A DNA stretch of 26,840 nucleotides from Synechococcales cyanobacterium VAR_4_metabat_354 (GTDB lineage Bacteria > Cyanobacteriota > Cyanobacteriia > Cyanobacteriales > Chamaesiphonaceae): NCBI GenBank assembly GCA_031414775.1, contig JANOQI010000019.1, positions 1-26,840 on the forward strand, in the 5' to 3' direction. Each line of letters starts with the position of its first letter. The stretch's first letter is position 1. Under the pieces are notes generated by a model. That model worked only from the letters and a program-made list of their open reading frames with translations. It was not told the DNA's origin and made no database searches. The translations under genes and the position numbers were made by a program. Below, one piece after another: positions 10,956 to 20,474 of this stretch.

Positions 10956-11546
10956 ATGTATTCCAGCACAAAAATGCATGCAGTCAATATCAAGTTGGAC
11001 GAATTAGCTCTGCAGCAAACGCTAGAGCTACCCCAGTTAGTCAATATGAAAACCCAACTAGATCTGGTATTACTTAGCCTCGAATCAATTGCTACACTTG
11101 GTTCAGAAGCTATGCTGCAGTCGGCTAAAGTCCTTGATCTAGAATCGGTCGTAGCTGATCGAGTTAGTTTATGGAGGTTGCGTCAATCTAATCCGCAGCG
11201 CAAAAGCTCTGGTGGACGCAAAAAGCTAGATATGGAAGAGGGTCGGGCGTTGGTGTTGATTGCCTCTCACTTAGCTCATCAGGAGCAGTCCAAAATTCGG
11301 GCAGCAGTTAACTTGTTGGAAGAAACTTGGCAAAAAGATCGACTGCCACAGCAAGAGCCAGTGCTAGCTGACTACACTGATAAATTTATCGAGCTGTATC
11401 AAGAACGAATGGAAGATGTTCCCAATGCTTCAACAGATATTTTAAGTAAAGCTGCCTGCAAGCTATTAATAGATTTGTTATTTTACAGTGCTCCCAATGG
11501 TCATAAACATCTATGGGCATCGCTACTCAATCGCTCTCTTAACTAA
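10956..11546 (+). CDS. DUF3038 family cyanobacterial conserved protein
   Basis: QLDLVLL.LE, DRV.LWRLRQSNP.RK..GGRKKLD.EE.RALVLI, LLIDLLFYS...GH..LW; start uncertain (10908 TTG or 10956 ATG). Confidence 0.85.
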   Translation: MYSSTKMHAVNIKLDELALQQTLELPQLVNMKTQLDLVLLSLESIATLGSEAMLQSAKVLDLESVVADRVSLWRLRQSNPQRKSSGGRKKLDMEEGRALVLIASHLAHQEQSKIRAAVNLLEETWQKDRLPQQEPVLADYTDKFIELYQERMEDVPNASTDILSKAACKLLIDLLFYSAPNGHKHLWASLLNRSLN

Positions 11547-11556
11547 ATAAGAAACT

Positions 11557-13605
11557 ATGAATCCTTCTTCTTTTAATCAGAATTTTAGACGCTACAGCCA
11601 AGATACCTGCGATCTGATGATCGAGGATAAAAAATCGCCTTTTCCTACTTGGATGAATTTTAACAAGCCCAATCCCCTGAAATTTTCTTTGGGGTTGACC
11701 GATCCAGATCGCCCCGAGCAAGCACCAATCAGGATTACTGGCGATCGGAGCAAGCTGGAATCTTTACATCAAGCGGTGGAGAATTATGTAGGTAAACTTT
11801 TATCCAAAACCCCTTTACCTCAGCTAAATATTGACCAACCAAAGCCTTTCGAGAGTCCCCAACCAAAGCCTCCCGCGCCAGGAAATGGAAATTTCAATCT
11901 CAAAGTCGGTGACGGTTCGATCAAAATCAAAATGGGCGATGCTCCTGTTAATAGTATCGATCGACCGATCGATGCTCTCAACATGACCAGCGACCAACCT
12001 TACTTAGAAGCTGATGGTTTATCTCGCCATTTACTATATCTGGGTAACATCGCAACGGATAACCAAGTAATGGTTTCCCTCAACACCCTGCAGCTCTTTG
12101 ATCTAGCAAGTACTCTAGCCGAAGGCGTATTGCCTGTTAGTAATGCAGTTACTGGTGAGATGACAGACTTTGGGGCAGCAATTGCATCACCATTGGTTGG
12201 TGAGCAAACCACCGTGGAAGTTGTCCAGCCAGACATCACTCCAGCTGTAACGAATCGTTTTGCTAACAATGTGACCGAGCCTCGGGTCGCTAAGTCTGTA
12301 GATCAGAACAATAAAAATAGAAATTCCGAAGAATTTAGCAATATTGGAGCAGCATCTTCGCTTCAACACGTCAAAAAAAGTTCGGAACGGTTCAAAGTAC
12401 CCAACATCACCTTCAATAAATCCAGGTTTACTGGTGCTCCAGATTCTTCGCTATCGCCCTTATCAACTTACTGGCCTTGGTTAGGAGTAGGTACTGTCGC
12501 AGCCGGGATTATTGCTGCGACCCTGCTGGGCGGAAATGGAGGCAAGGAAGGCGGATTATCAAGTAAACCGGTGGTTAATCCGACAGCGATAGCCAAAGCT
12601 TCTACTTCTGTTAGTGAGTTTCAGCCATCGTCATCGGTGCCGTTACCCAGTGGATTGGAGAGTAGCCCCAATGTAACAGCCACTCCTACTGTTAGCAGTT
12701 CTGGACCAGCAAGTATTCCAGGAGCAACAGTTATTGCGGGTTCTCCCAACGCTTCAAGTTTTCCACCGCCTTCTGGAATAGGTGCCGGTACTGTTCAAAT
12801 CCCTGGCAGAAATGCTTCTGGTTTAGCTACTTCTTCAACCGGTGATTTTAGTATGGGCGCAGGCTCCTTCTCCACGAAATCTGGTTCATCAAATCTAGTA
12901 AATCCTCGGAAATCTGGTGGTGGTAGCAAATCCTCGACAATCAGCAAAGCTCAACCCCCTTCCACTCCAGGGAGGACTCTCACCACCAACAGATTTCCCA
13001 GTGGGCCAGTACCACAAGGTGTGCCAGTAGATTCTGGAGGTAGTAGTGGTTTCAGTGCGGATCAGCTGGCGGCCAGCTCTGATCTACCATCCAATACAAA
13101 TCTAGAAGCGGCAAAAACTGCTCGCCAAAATGGCAAGGCCGTAAAACCAGCTAAGGCTGCTACTAAGCGCCCCGTCGCCCCACCAGTTATTAATGACAGT
13201 TTGCCTGGCTCGGTAGCTGCTGGTGATGATTTATTTGCACCTGCAGAGTCTAAGAATAGTGACATTCCTGTTAAGCAGCTGCCAGCCGATAGTAATGCTA
13301 ATCCTTTAGAGGCACCTCAAGCTAACTCGGCTGAGTCCATGCAAGCTAGCGAGACTCAAACTCATTTCCAGAAAAGATGGAAGGCTGATCCAAATTTCAG
13401 TGAAACACTTCAATATGTGATTCGCTTAGATAAGAGTGGTAAGGTCGTTCGGGTTACGCCTCAAGGTGATGTCTCCAAAAATTACTTAGACAAAACTAAT
13501 TTCCTGCGCTCTGGTGAAAAGCTGGTTTCTCCTAGTCGTAAGGGTCAGGACGTGCGGGTTCTTCTTAAACCAAATGGAGAAGTTGAAACGATCGTAGAAC
13601 CCTAA
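11557..13605 (+). CDS. DUF4335 domain membrane protein with a long Ser/Pro/Gly-rich linker
   Basis: N-terminal RRYS..TC.L, I.GDR..LE.L..AV..YV, L.TLQLFDLA.L; one TM segment (WPWLGVGTVAAGIIAATLL); C-terminal F..RW......L.Y...L...G domain; typical position downstream of DUF3038. Confidence 0.75.
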   Translation: MNPSSFNQNFRRYSQDTCDLMIEDKKSPFPTWMNFNKPNPLKFSLGLTDPDRPEQAPIRITGDRSKLESLHQAVENYVGKLLSKTPLPQLNIDQPKPFESPQPKPPAPGNGNFNLKVGDGSIKIKMGDAPVNSIDRPIDALNMTSDQPYLEADGLSRHLLYLGNIATDNQVMVSLNTLQLFDLASTLAEGVLPVSNAVTGEMTDFGAAIASPLVGEQTTVEVVQPDITPAVTNRFANNVTEPRVAKSVDQNNKNRNSEEFSNIGAASSLQHVKKSSERFKVPNITFNKSRFTGAPDSSLSPLSTYWPWLGVGTVAAGIIAATLLGGNGGKEGGLSSKPVVNPTAIAKASTSVSEFQPSSSVPLPSGLESSPNVTATPTVSSSGPASIPGATVIAGSPNASSFPPPSGIGAGTVQIPGRNASGLATSSTGDFSMGAGSFSTKSGSSNLVNPRKSGGGSKSSTISKAQPPSTPGRTLTTNRFPSGPVPQGVPVDSGGSSGFSADQLAASSDLPSNTNLEAAKTARQNGKAVKPAKAATKRPVAPPVINDSLPGSVAAGDDLFAPAESKNSDIPVKQLPADSNANPLEAPQANSAESMQASETQTHFQKRWKADPNFSETLQYVIRLDKSGKVVRVTPQGDVSKNYLDKTNFLRSGEKLVSPSRKGQDVRVLLKPNGEVETIVEP

Positions 13606-14102
13606 TCGAGGATAGCCCCCTGTTGACGTAGTAATCGCTGTTGTTGAGGGGTAAGCCCAACGGTAGCACGCAAGTCACAATTAATCACAATGGCCTTTTT
13701 CCATTGTGATTCATTAACCGTGCAACCACGCAAGTCAGCATTGCTAAGATCGGCTCCGGTAAAATCTCCAAAAATTAGATCGGCAGACCGAAGACAGCAG
13801 TTCTGTAGCTGTGCCTGGTTGAATTTTGCTCGCACTAGGTTCATTTTTTGGAGATTTAAACCTCTTAAATCAGCACCTTGGAGCTGAGGAAACTTGACTT
13901 GGTGGGGATTAATCAGAAAACGCTGTAAACACCTGTGATTAGCTTCCGTGGAGGTTAAGTGACATAGCAGTTGATGATATCTCTCCAAACCCATTCTTTG
14001 TAAGATTTCTAGGCGCTGGGTGGCAGATTGGGATAAAAATTGCTGGCACAGATCTAAGGGATCGATAGCTTTGATTGCGCCGATGGCGATCGAAATGCTC
14101 AT
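13602..14102 (-). CDS. Pentapeptide repeat protein
   Basis: A[DN]Lxx repeats: GADLRGLNLQKMNLVRAKFNQAQLQNCCLRSADL..GDFTGADLSNADLRG. Confidence 0.88.
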   Translation of the reverse strand: MSISIAIGAIKAIDPLDLCQQFLSQSATQRLEILQRMGLERYHQLLCHLTSTEANHRCLQRFLINPHQVKFPQLQGADLRGLNLQKMNLVRAKFNQAQLQNCCLRSADLIFGDFTGADLSNADLRGCTVNESQWKKAIVINCDLRATVGLTPQQQRLLRQQGAILD

Positions 14103-14213
14103 GACAATATTATAGTTTTTGGTCGGATCGGACTGCTGTTAGTATTAGGAGGAGTAGCAGCTTAAACTGCTAGTTATTGAATCAGCTTGTCTGTGTGAAT
14201 TTACCGAGGTTTT

Positions 14214-15788
14214 ATGCGCGTACTTTTACTTTACCCCCAATTTCCTAAAACCTTTTGGTCTTATGAAAAGATTTTGGAGCTAGTTGATCGCAAAGTCGTC
14301 TTACCACCTCTGGGATTGGTTACAGTAGCCGCAATATTACCGCAGACTTGGGAGTTTAAGTTAGTCGATCGTAATATTCGACCGGTCACGGAAGAAGAGT
14401 GGAACTGGGCAGATATTGTAATTATGTCGGCCATGATTGTCCAAAAAGATGATTTGTTGGCTCAAATCAAGATTGCAAAGCAACATCATAAACCAGTAGC
14501 GGTGGGTGGTCCTTATCCAACTTCAACACCGGATGTTGCGATAGAAGCCGGTGTAGACTTCATGATTTTGGATGAAGGTGAAATCACCTTGCCCATGTTT
14601 TTGAATGCGATCGAGCAAGGTGAAACTAGCGGAGTATTTCGATCAGATGGGGTGAAGCCAGATGTGACGACCACGCCGATTCCCCGTTATGACCTCTTGG
14701 AACTTGATGCTTATGACATGATGTCGATTCAATTCTCGCGGGGTTGTCCTTTCCAGTGTGAATTTTGCGACATTATTGTTTTATATGGCCGCAAGCCCCG
14801 CACCAAGGAACCCGCTCAAATATTGGCTGAGTTGGAATGCCTGTATCAGTTGGGATGGCGGCGGGGAGTCTTTATGGTGGATGACAACTTTATTGGCAAT
14901 AAACGCAATGTGAAGCTGTTACTCCAAGAGCTGAAAATTTGGCAGGCTGGGCATCAGTACCCCTTCCGGTTTGATACGGAAGCCTCGATCGATCTGGCCC
15001 AAGACCAAGAACTGATGGAAATGATGGTGGATTGCAACTTTGCTGCTGTTTTCTTGGGCATTGAAACCCCCGATGAAGAAAGCTTGGCCATGACCAAAAA
15101 ATTCCAAAACACGCGGGGTTCTCTGAGCGATTCGATCGCTGCCATCACTAAAGTTGGTTTACGCCCGATGGCCGGATTTATTATTGGCTTCGATGGTGAA
15201 AAAAGCGGGGCAGGTGAGCGGATCGTCCGGTTTGTGGAACAGTCAGCCATTCCTACTACCACCTTTGCGATGCTCCAGGCCTTACCCAATACAGCTTTGT
15301 GGCACCGCTTAGAAAAAGAAGGCCGGATGCGTGCTCAGAATGCCAACCTCAATCAAACAGCTCTGATGAATTTTGTCCCGACCAGGCCATTACCAGAGAT
15401 TGCCCAGGAATACGTAGAAGCCTTTGCTGAGATTTACGACGCTGAAAAGTTTCTCGATCGAACTTACCGCTGTTTCCGAGCACTAGGGGCACCAAGATGT
15501 CAACCACCAGCCCAGTTCCCAGAATTAATTATTTTGAAAGCCTTTGCTTTAATCATCTGGCGACAAGGCATCAAACGTAGTACCCGCTGGAAATTTTGGC
15601 ATCATTTAGTCGGAATTTTGGTTTATAATCCCAAAGTTTTTGATCACTACATGTCAGTCTGTGCCCAGAATGAACATTTCCTCGAATATCGGGATATTGT
15701 CCGTCAAGAAATTGCCGCTCAATTAGCTGTATTTGAAAATGACATACTAGTATCCCAACCTCAAAATATTGAACAGATAACGGCCTAG
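14214..15788 (+). CDS. B12-binding radical SAM protein with DUF4070 C-terminus
   Basis: PPLGL.TVAA, GGPY, SRGCPFQCEFCDI (CxxxCxxC), VDDNFIGN, FLGIETP, GFIIGFD. Confidence 0.92.
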   Translation: MRVLLLYPQFPKTFWSYEKILELVDRKVVLPPLGLVTVAAILPQTWEFKLVDRNIRPVTEEEWNWADIVIMSAMIVQKDDLLAQIKIAKQHHKPVAVGGPYPTSTPDVAIEAGVDFMILDEGEITLPMFLNAIEQGETSGVFRSDGVKPDVTTTPIPRYDLLELDAYDMMSIQFSRGCPFQCEFCDIIVLYGRKPRTKEPAQILAELECLYQLGWRRGVFMVDDNFIGNKRNVKLLLQELKIWQAGHQYPFRFDTEASIDLAQDQELMEMMVDCNFAAVFLGIETPDEESLAMTKKFQNTRGSLSDSIAAITKVGLRPMAGFIIGFDGEKSGAGERIVRFVEQSAIPTTTFAMLQALPNTALWHRLEKEGRMRAQNANLNQTALMNFVPTRPLPEIAQEYVEAFAEIYDAEKFLDRTYRCFRALGAPRCQPPAQFPELIILKAFALIIWRQGIKRSTRWKFWHHLVGILVYNPKVFDHYMSVCAQNEHFLEYRDIVRQEIAAQLAVFENDILVSQPQNIEQITA

Positions 15789-15819
15789 CATCAGTATTTA
15801 GAGTAAATTGCTGATGCTA
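15786..15819 (+). terminator. Stem-loop at the end of the radical SAM gene
   Basis: TAGCATCAG ... CTGATGCTA 9-bp perfect inverted repeat, extendable inward (TTTA/TAAA). Confidence 0.55.
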
Positions 15820-15872
15820 TTACCCCAGCAGCTTTGTTATAAATAGCGTTATTGTTTGCTCCTGAATTTTAA

Positions 15873-17990
15873 ATGAATGCTTTGGTTGAATCTTGGCAAA
15901 TCTTGAAACGTCGCTGGTTACCAGCTTTGATGGCACTTGGAACAGTAATGGGTGCAGCTAGTCTTTACAACTTTTTGCAGCAGCCTGTTTATGAAGCGAA
16001 AGGCCAGATTTTGTCTAAAGATCAAAAACCAATAGTAGCTCCTGAATCAACTATTTTTAACAATGCATCAGCTAGAAACACACCAGCACAGTGGATTCAA
16101 TCACTACCCGCCGCTAAAAAGGTAGTGGCAACGCTTCAGCTTGATCGAAAACCTGAGCAGGTATTAGAAAATATCATCATCCAGAAATTTGCTGATCAAA
16201 ATTTACTAGCAGTAGGCTATCGCGATACTGATCCGAAACGAGCAGCTCAAGTAGCCCAGAAATTGATGGAAGATTACTTGTTTCAAGATTTGGATCTGTA
16301 TCGTCAAGCAGCAATATCTCAGCAAGCTGAACTAACTAGACAATTGTCTATTATGAATAGTGAAGTGCAGCTTAATGAATCTAATCTGCAAAAATTTCAA
16401 CAAGATTTCAAAATTCCAGATTTACGAAACGAGGAAAAAGCGCTAACCAGCGCCATTAGTATTCTGCAAGCAGAAATCGCGCAGGCTAATGTGCAACTGA
16501 CCAAATTAGAACCTAAATCACAGGAACTCCAAAAAATATTTAGCCAAAGCTCTGTTAACACCCTTCGTTCAGCTATTGCCAAGCCACCGCTCATCACGCC
16601 GCAAATTTTGCTGACATTACAAGGAATTGAAGAAAGATTAGCTCTAGAAAAAAACAAATCACCAAAAGAGAATCAGGTGGTACAAGACTTACGGAGCCAA
16701 CAGGAGGTCTTATGGATGCAGGTACAGAAAGAATCAGAGCAGCGTATCGTTAGTAACAGTCAATTCCAATCTCAGATATTGCAATGGAAGAAGTCTGGAA
16801 TCTCTGAAAAATTACAATCTGATTTAGTCCAGGTTATTGCTCAATATGATGTCATTGGAAAAAGAATAGTACTGCTTAATTCATCGATAAAAAAAGGCCA
16901 AAATCAAATGGCATTATTTTCCCCTAGCGAAAATAGAATGCGCCTGCTAGAGCAAAACATCAAAACATCCCGAGAAAAGTATGACAAGATCGCTCTCCAG
17001 TTAAAGTCATTACAAACTGCTAATAATCAAACCATGCCGCTCACGAAAATTGTGAAAGCTGCAACACCTCCCAATCAACCAATTTCTCCTACCGATCGGC
17101 TCTCTCCACTGTGGATGATTCTCACTGGTCTGTCTTTAGGAGGTGCTTTAATTTGGATCTTGGAGCGCGCCGATCAGCGGCTCAAAAACGCGGCGGCAGT
17201 ACGCAAAATGGCGCAGTATCCGATTCTGGGTCATATTCCTAATTTTTCGCAATGGACAAATACAAAGAATAGTAATTTGCTCACCAGCAATAATGATCGG
17301 CCCGAGCATGAGCCATTTCGGACGTTGCAATCTAACTTGAATTTCTTAGAAAATCAGGAAAATACTCAAGTGATCGTAGTATCTAGTACTATTCACCAAG
17401 AAGGTAAATCTACTGTTGCTGCGCATTTAGCACTGGCTTCTTCTCAAAATGGTCAAAGAGTTTTATTAGTGGATGCCGATCTACACCATCCGCAGCAGCA
17501 TGAACTTTGGCAAGTCAGCAATAGCATTGGTTTAAGCAATATATTGCTGAATGGAAACCAATTTCCAGAATCGATTATCGAAATATCAGAAAACCTCGGG
17601 CTGTTACCCGCTGGTCTGACAAATGATCATCCTAGTGCTCTGTTTAGTTCGACAACGATGGCACAACTATGTAACCAGTGGTTTTCTCTTTATGATTTGG
17701 TAGTTATTGACTCAACGCCACTTAGTCAGTTTAATGAAGCAATTACTTTATCGAAAATGGCTGATGGCTTAATGTTGGTGGTAAATCCTCAAATGTTAGA
17801 ATCAGCAGATTTGAAAAATGCTCAAGATCTATTAAAACAGTCGCAGCAAAAGGTACTGGGCATCGTAATTAATGGAGTGGAAAATTATGAATATTACCAA
17901 TTGATTCTGGCTACTCCTGGTCGGAATCAAGATGGTGATTCTTCATCGGTAGTAGCCGAAAATCAAACAGAGACAGATATAGTGGAATGA
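15873..17990 (+). CDS. GumC/Wzc-type polysaccharide co-polymerase / tyrosine autokinase
   Basis: W.ILKRRW-TM, P.YEA.G, periplasmic coiled coil, A.PP..PISP-TM, Walker A QEGKST, LLVDADL..P, VVIDSTP, Tyr cluster ENYEYY. Confidence 0.88.
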   Translation: MNALVESWQILKRRWLPALMALGTVMGAASLYNFLQQPVYEAKGQILSKDQKPIVAPESTIFNNASARNTPAQWIQSLPAAKKVVATLQLDRKPEQVLENIIIQKFADQNLLAVGYRDTDPKRAAQVAQKLMEDYLFQDLDLYRQAAISQQAELTRQLSIMNSEVQLNESNLQKFQQDFKIPDLRNEEKALTSAISILQAEIAQANVQLTKLEPKSQELQKIFSQSSVNTLRSAIAKPPLITPQILLTLQGIEERLALEKNKSPKENQVVQDLRSQQEVLWMQVQKESEQRIVSNSQFQSQILQWKKSGISEKLQSDLVQVIAQYDVIGKRIVLLNSSIKKGQNQMALFSPSENRMRLLEQNIKTSREKYDKIALQLKSLQTANNQTMPLTKIVKAATPPNQPISPTDRLSPLWMILTGLSLGGALIWILERADQRLKNAAAVRKMAQYPILGHIPNFSQWTNTKNSNLLTSNNDRPEHEPFRTLQSNLNFLENQENTQVIVVSSTIHQEGKSTVAAHLALASSQNGQRVLLVDADLHHPQQHELWQVSNSIGLSNILLNGNQFPESIIEISENLGLLPAGLTNDHPSALFSSTTMAQLCNQWFSLYDLVVIDSTPLSQFNEAITLSKMADGLMLVVNPQMLESADLKNAQDLLKQSQQKVLGIVINGVENYEYYQLILATPGRNQDGDSSSVVAENQTETDIVE

Positions 17991-18076
17991 AGTCTCTATA
18001 TTTTTAGCCAGGAGATCGATCGAACACCGCCCCCAGACTTTGGTAACATTGATTGAACCTGAATCCTGAAAAAATT

Positions 18077-19258
18077 GTGAAAGCGATTACTTTACTCGGC
18101 TCGACTGGATCGATCGGCACTCAAACTCTAGAGATCGTAGCGCAGCATCCTGACAAGTTCCGGTTGGTCGGTATTGCTGCTGGTAGTAATGTCGAGTTGT
18201 TAGCCCAGCAGGTGCGCCAGTTCCGACCCGAGGTCGTCGCAATCGCCAATGAAGCCAAGTTCGGAGAACTGCAAGAGGCGCTGGCTGGTTTGGATTATCA
18301 GCCGCATTTGGTAGCAGGCGAAGCCGGGTTAGTGGAGGTGGCTGGCTATGGTGATGCTGAAAGTGTCGTCACCGGGATTGTGGGCTGTGCCGGTTTGTTG
18401 CCAACGATCGCAGCCATTAAAGCTGGTAAAGACATTGCTTTAGCTAATAAAGAAACCCTCATTGCGGGTGGGCCGGTGGTGCTGCCCTTAGTAGAGAAGC
18501 ATCAGGTAAAGCTATTACCAGCAGATTCTGAGCATTCGGCAATTTTCCAGTGTTTGCAAGGGGTGCCCGCTGGGGGACTAAAGCGGATTATTTTGACAGC
18601 TTCGGGCGGGTCTTTCCGAGATTGGCCGATCGAGAAGCTGGCCAATGTGACAATCGCCGATGCCTTGAAGCACCCCAATTGGTCGATGGGTAAAAAGATT
18701 ACGATCGATTCGGCGACGTTGATGAATAAAGGGTTGGAAGTTATTGAAGCCCATTATTTATTTGGTGTGGACTATGACAATATTGATATTGTGATTCACC
18801 CCCAGAGTATCATTCATTCCTTGATTGAAGTACAAGATACTTCGGTGCTAGCACAATTGGGTTGGCCAGATATGCGCTTACCATTGCTCTATGCCCTATC
18901 CTGGCCGGAGCGGATTGCCACGGATTGGCCGCAGTTAGATTTGGTCAAGTCTGGCGATCTGACTTTTCGGGAGCCAGATCACGAGAAATATCCCTGCATG
19001 GGTTTAGCCTATGCAGCGGGTCGGGCGGGTGGCTCGATGCCAGCGGTATTGAATGCAGCCAATGAGCAAGTGGTGGCGCTATTCTTGGATGAGAAAGTTC
19101 GGTTTAACGATATTCCGGTGTTGGTGGAGCAGGTGTGCGATCGACACCGGGCTGATAATAATTTGACTCCTAGTTTAGAGGATATTATTGCGGCGGATGA
19201 ATGGGCGCGGCAGATGGTTTTGGAAGCCAGTGGCAATCGATCGGCTGCCGTAGTTTAG
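18077..19258 (+). CDS. dxr: 1-deoxy-D-xylulose 5-phosphate reductoisomerase
   Basis: [59 protein letters not shown]; likely GTG start at 18077. Confidence 0.97.
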   Translation: MKAITLLGSTGSIGTQTLEIVAQHPDKFRLVGIAAGSNVELLAQQVRQFRPEVVAIANEAKFGELQEALAGLDYQPHLVAGEAGLVEVAGYGDAESVVTGIVGCAGLLPTIAAIKAGKDIALANKETLIAGGPVVLPLVEKHQVKLLPADSEHSAIFQCLQGVPAGGLKRIILTASGGSFRDWPIEKLANVTIADALKHPNWSMGKKITIDSATLMNKGLEVIEAHYLFGVDYDNIDIVIHPQSIIHSLIEVQDTSVLAQLGWPDMRLPLLYALSWPERIATDWPQLDLVKSGDLTFREPDHEKYPCMGLAYAAGRAGGSMPAVLNAANEQVVALFLDEKVRFNDIPVLVEQVCDRHRADNNLTPSLEDIIAADEWARQMVLEASGNRSAAVV

Positions 19259-19693
19259 CTACCGAAAAATTACTTCTTCTTTAATTTCAATATTCAGTGC
19301 TTTTTGCACGGCCAGAATTTTTGTCAAACTGGCACCCGCATACAAAGTAGCTTCGTAACGCTGAATTTGTTGTGCCTTGAGACCAAGCAATTCACCGAGT
19401 TGCTCTTGAGTTAAGTCGCGTATTACCCGTGCCTTGATTAAAGCTTCTGGTAGCTGGGCTAAAGAATCCAATTTTAGCTTGGTAATCTTGCCGATTTTTA
19501 GCTTTTGATATTCTTGGATTTCTTGTTCTAGTGTTTCTATTTGGCTATTGATTGCGTCCAAATGTAGTTGATGACGCATTTGTGCATTTAGATCTGCTGC
19601 TGAAATATCGTAGGCATCTACTTCAGCATAGGCTTCTTGAAACTCTCTTAAGTGAGTTTTTGTAATGGAGTATTGTCTTTCGTTTAAAATCAT
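19259..19693 (-). CDS. XRE-family HTH protein with N-terminal coiled-coil hairpin (candidate antitoxin/regulator)
   Basis: MI.NERQY.IT N-terminus; LP.ALIKARV..LTQEQLGELLGLKAQQIQRYEAT.Y HTH_3 motif. Confidence 0.85.
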   Translation of the reverse strand: MILNERQYSITKTHLREFQEAYAEVDAYDISAADLNAQMRHQLHLDAINSQIETLEQEIQEYQKLKIGKITKLKLDSLAQLPEALIKARVIRDLTQEQLGELLGLKAQQIQRYEATLYAGASLTKILAVQKALNIEIKEEVIFR

Positions 19694-19794
19694 AAACTTG
19701 GTAAGCGTTATTAAATAATATAAGACGCTTTACAAAATGTGTACGACACACACCTAATCTATGCCAGGTATAGAGTATTACTCTCTCCTTCAGA

Positions 19795-20229
19795 TTAAGA
19801 TAGGTCAATTGCGATAACGCCTTTAGGATTACCGTCTCTGTCTTTTTGAAAAAATTCTAGAAATGTTTTTTTGTCAGAACTGGCGATCGAACTGGCTGGA
19901 AATAACTCTCCACCATACTTGGCCTTTTGAGCGGATCGATGATTTTTAAAATCCAGTAAAACTGGGTCTAATTCTTTCAGTTTTACTAGGTCAACATCTT
20001 CGTCAGCCCAGCAAGCATCGAAATCGCCGGGGAATTCTTTGTTTGTCGCAAAGCTACCGCCGATATAAATTCTTTTACAGCCAGCTTGCTGCAAAGGAAT
20101 ACAGGCTCTTTTTAATCCAGCGATTAAATCATGACGGCGATCGTTAAAAGCTAGCAAGTTCTCAACCTGCGGCCAAGTTAGGTCATAGATTCCAGATGGC
20201 AAGATGCCATTGTTTGAGAATTGGATCAT
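19795..20229 (-). CDS. DUF6932-like protein, minimal Pol-beta nucleotidyltransferase fold
   Basis: G.LP.GI N-terminus; YIGGSFATNKEFPGDFD (GS...DxD); QKAKYGGELFP; FFQKDRDG.PKG. Confidence 0.78.
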   Translation of the reverse strand: MIQFSNNGILPSGIYDLTWPQVENLLAFNDRRHDLIAGLKRACIPLQQAGCKRIYIGGSFATNKEFPGDFDACWADEDVDLVKLKELDPVLLDFKNHRSAQKAKYGGELFPASSIASSDKKTFLEFFQKDRDGNPKGVIAIDLS

Positions 20230-20305
20230 CGATAGTTATCCTAAATTTTGTTTTAGTAATTTTGTTCATGTCAATGAGAACTTCCTAGTTTACAGTTGTC
20301 TATTA

Positions 20306-20319
20306 CAACATTTTTGTTG
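20306..20319. promoter_or_regulatory. Candidate operator palindrome CAACA-TTTT-TGTTG
   Basis: Palindrome just downstream of the predicted TSS; an extra CAACA half-site lies in the promoter spacer (20350-20354). Confidence 0.45.
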
Positions 20320-20331
20320 CATACATCTTTG

Positions 20332-20360
20332 ATTATCATCCAATCTTTATGTTGTGTCAA
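20332..20360 (-). promoter_or_regulatory. Near-consensus sigma70 promoter for the DUF6932-HTH cassette
   Basis: Minus strand TTGACA (20360-20355), 17 nt, GATAAT (20337-20332). Confidence 0.7.
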
Positions 20361-20406
20361 TACTCTTCTTTTACGAGTACTGAAACCATTGATCGGCTTT
20401 ACGCTA

Positions 20407-20445
20407 AAACCGTCAACCATTTGTATCAGGACTGGTTGACGGTTT
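20407..20445 (-). terminator. Terminator after the DUF2330 gene
   Basis: AAACCGTCAACCA-N13-TGGTTGACGGTTT perfect 13-bp inverted repeat, 30 nt past the stop. Confidence 0.75.
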
Positions 20446-20474
20446 AATTCTTCTCAAATTCAGTTCATGAACTT

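Noticed and set aside
19623..19808. 61-aa ORF bridging the DUF6932 and HTH genes, considered as a third cassette component
   Set aside because: TTG start, overlaps both neighbours out of frame, no recognisable motif; likely chance, although ribosome profiling could overturn this.
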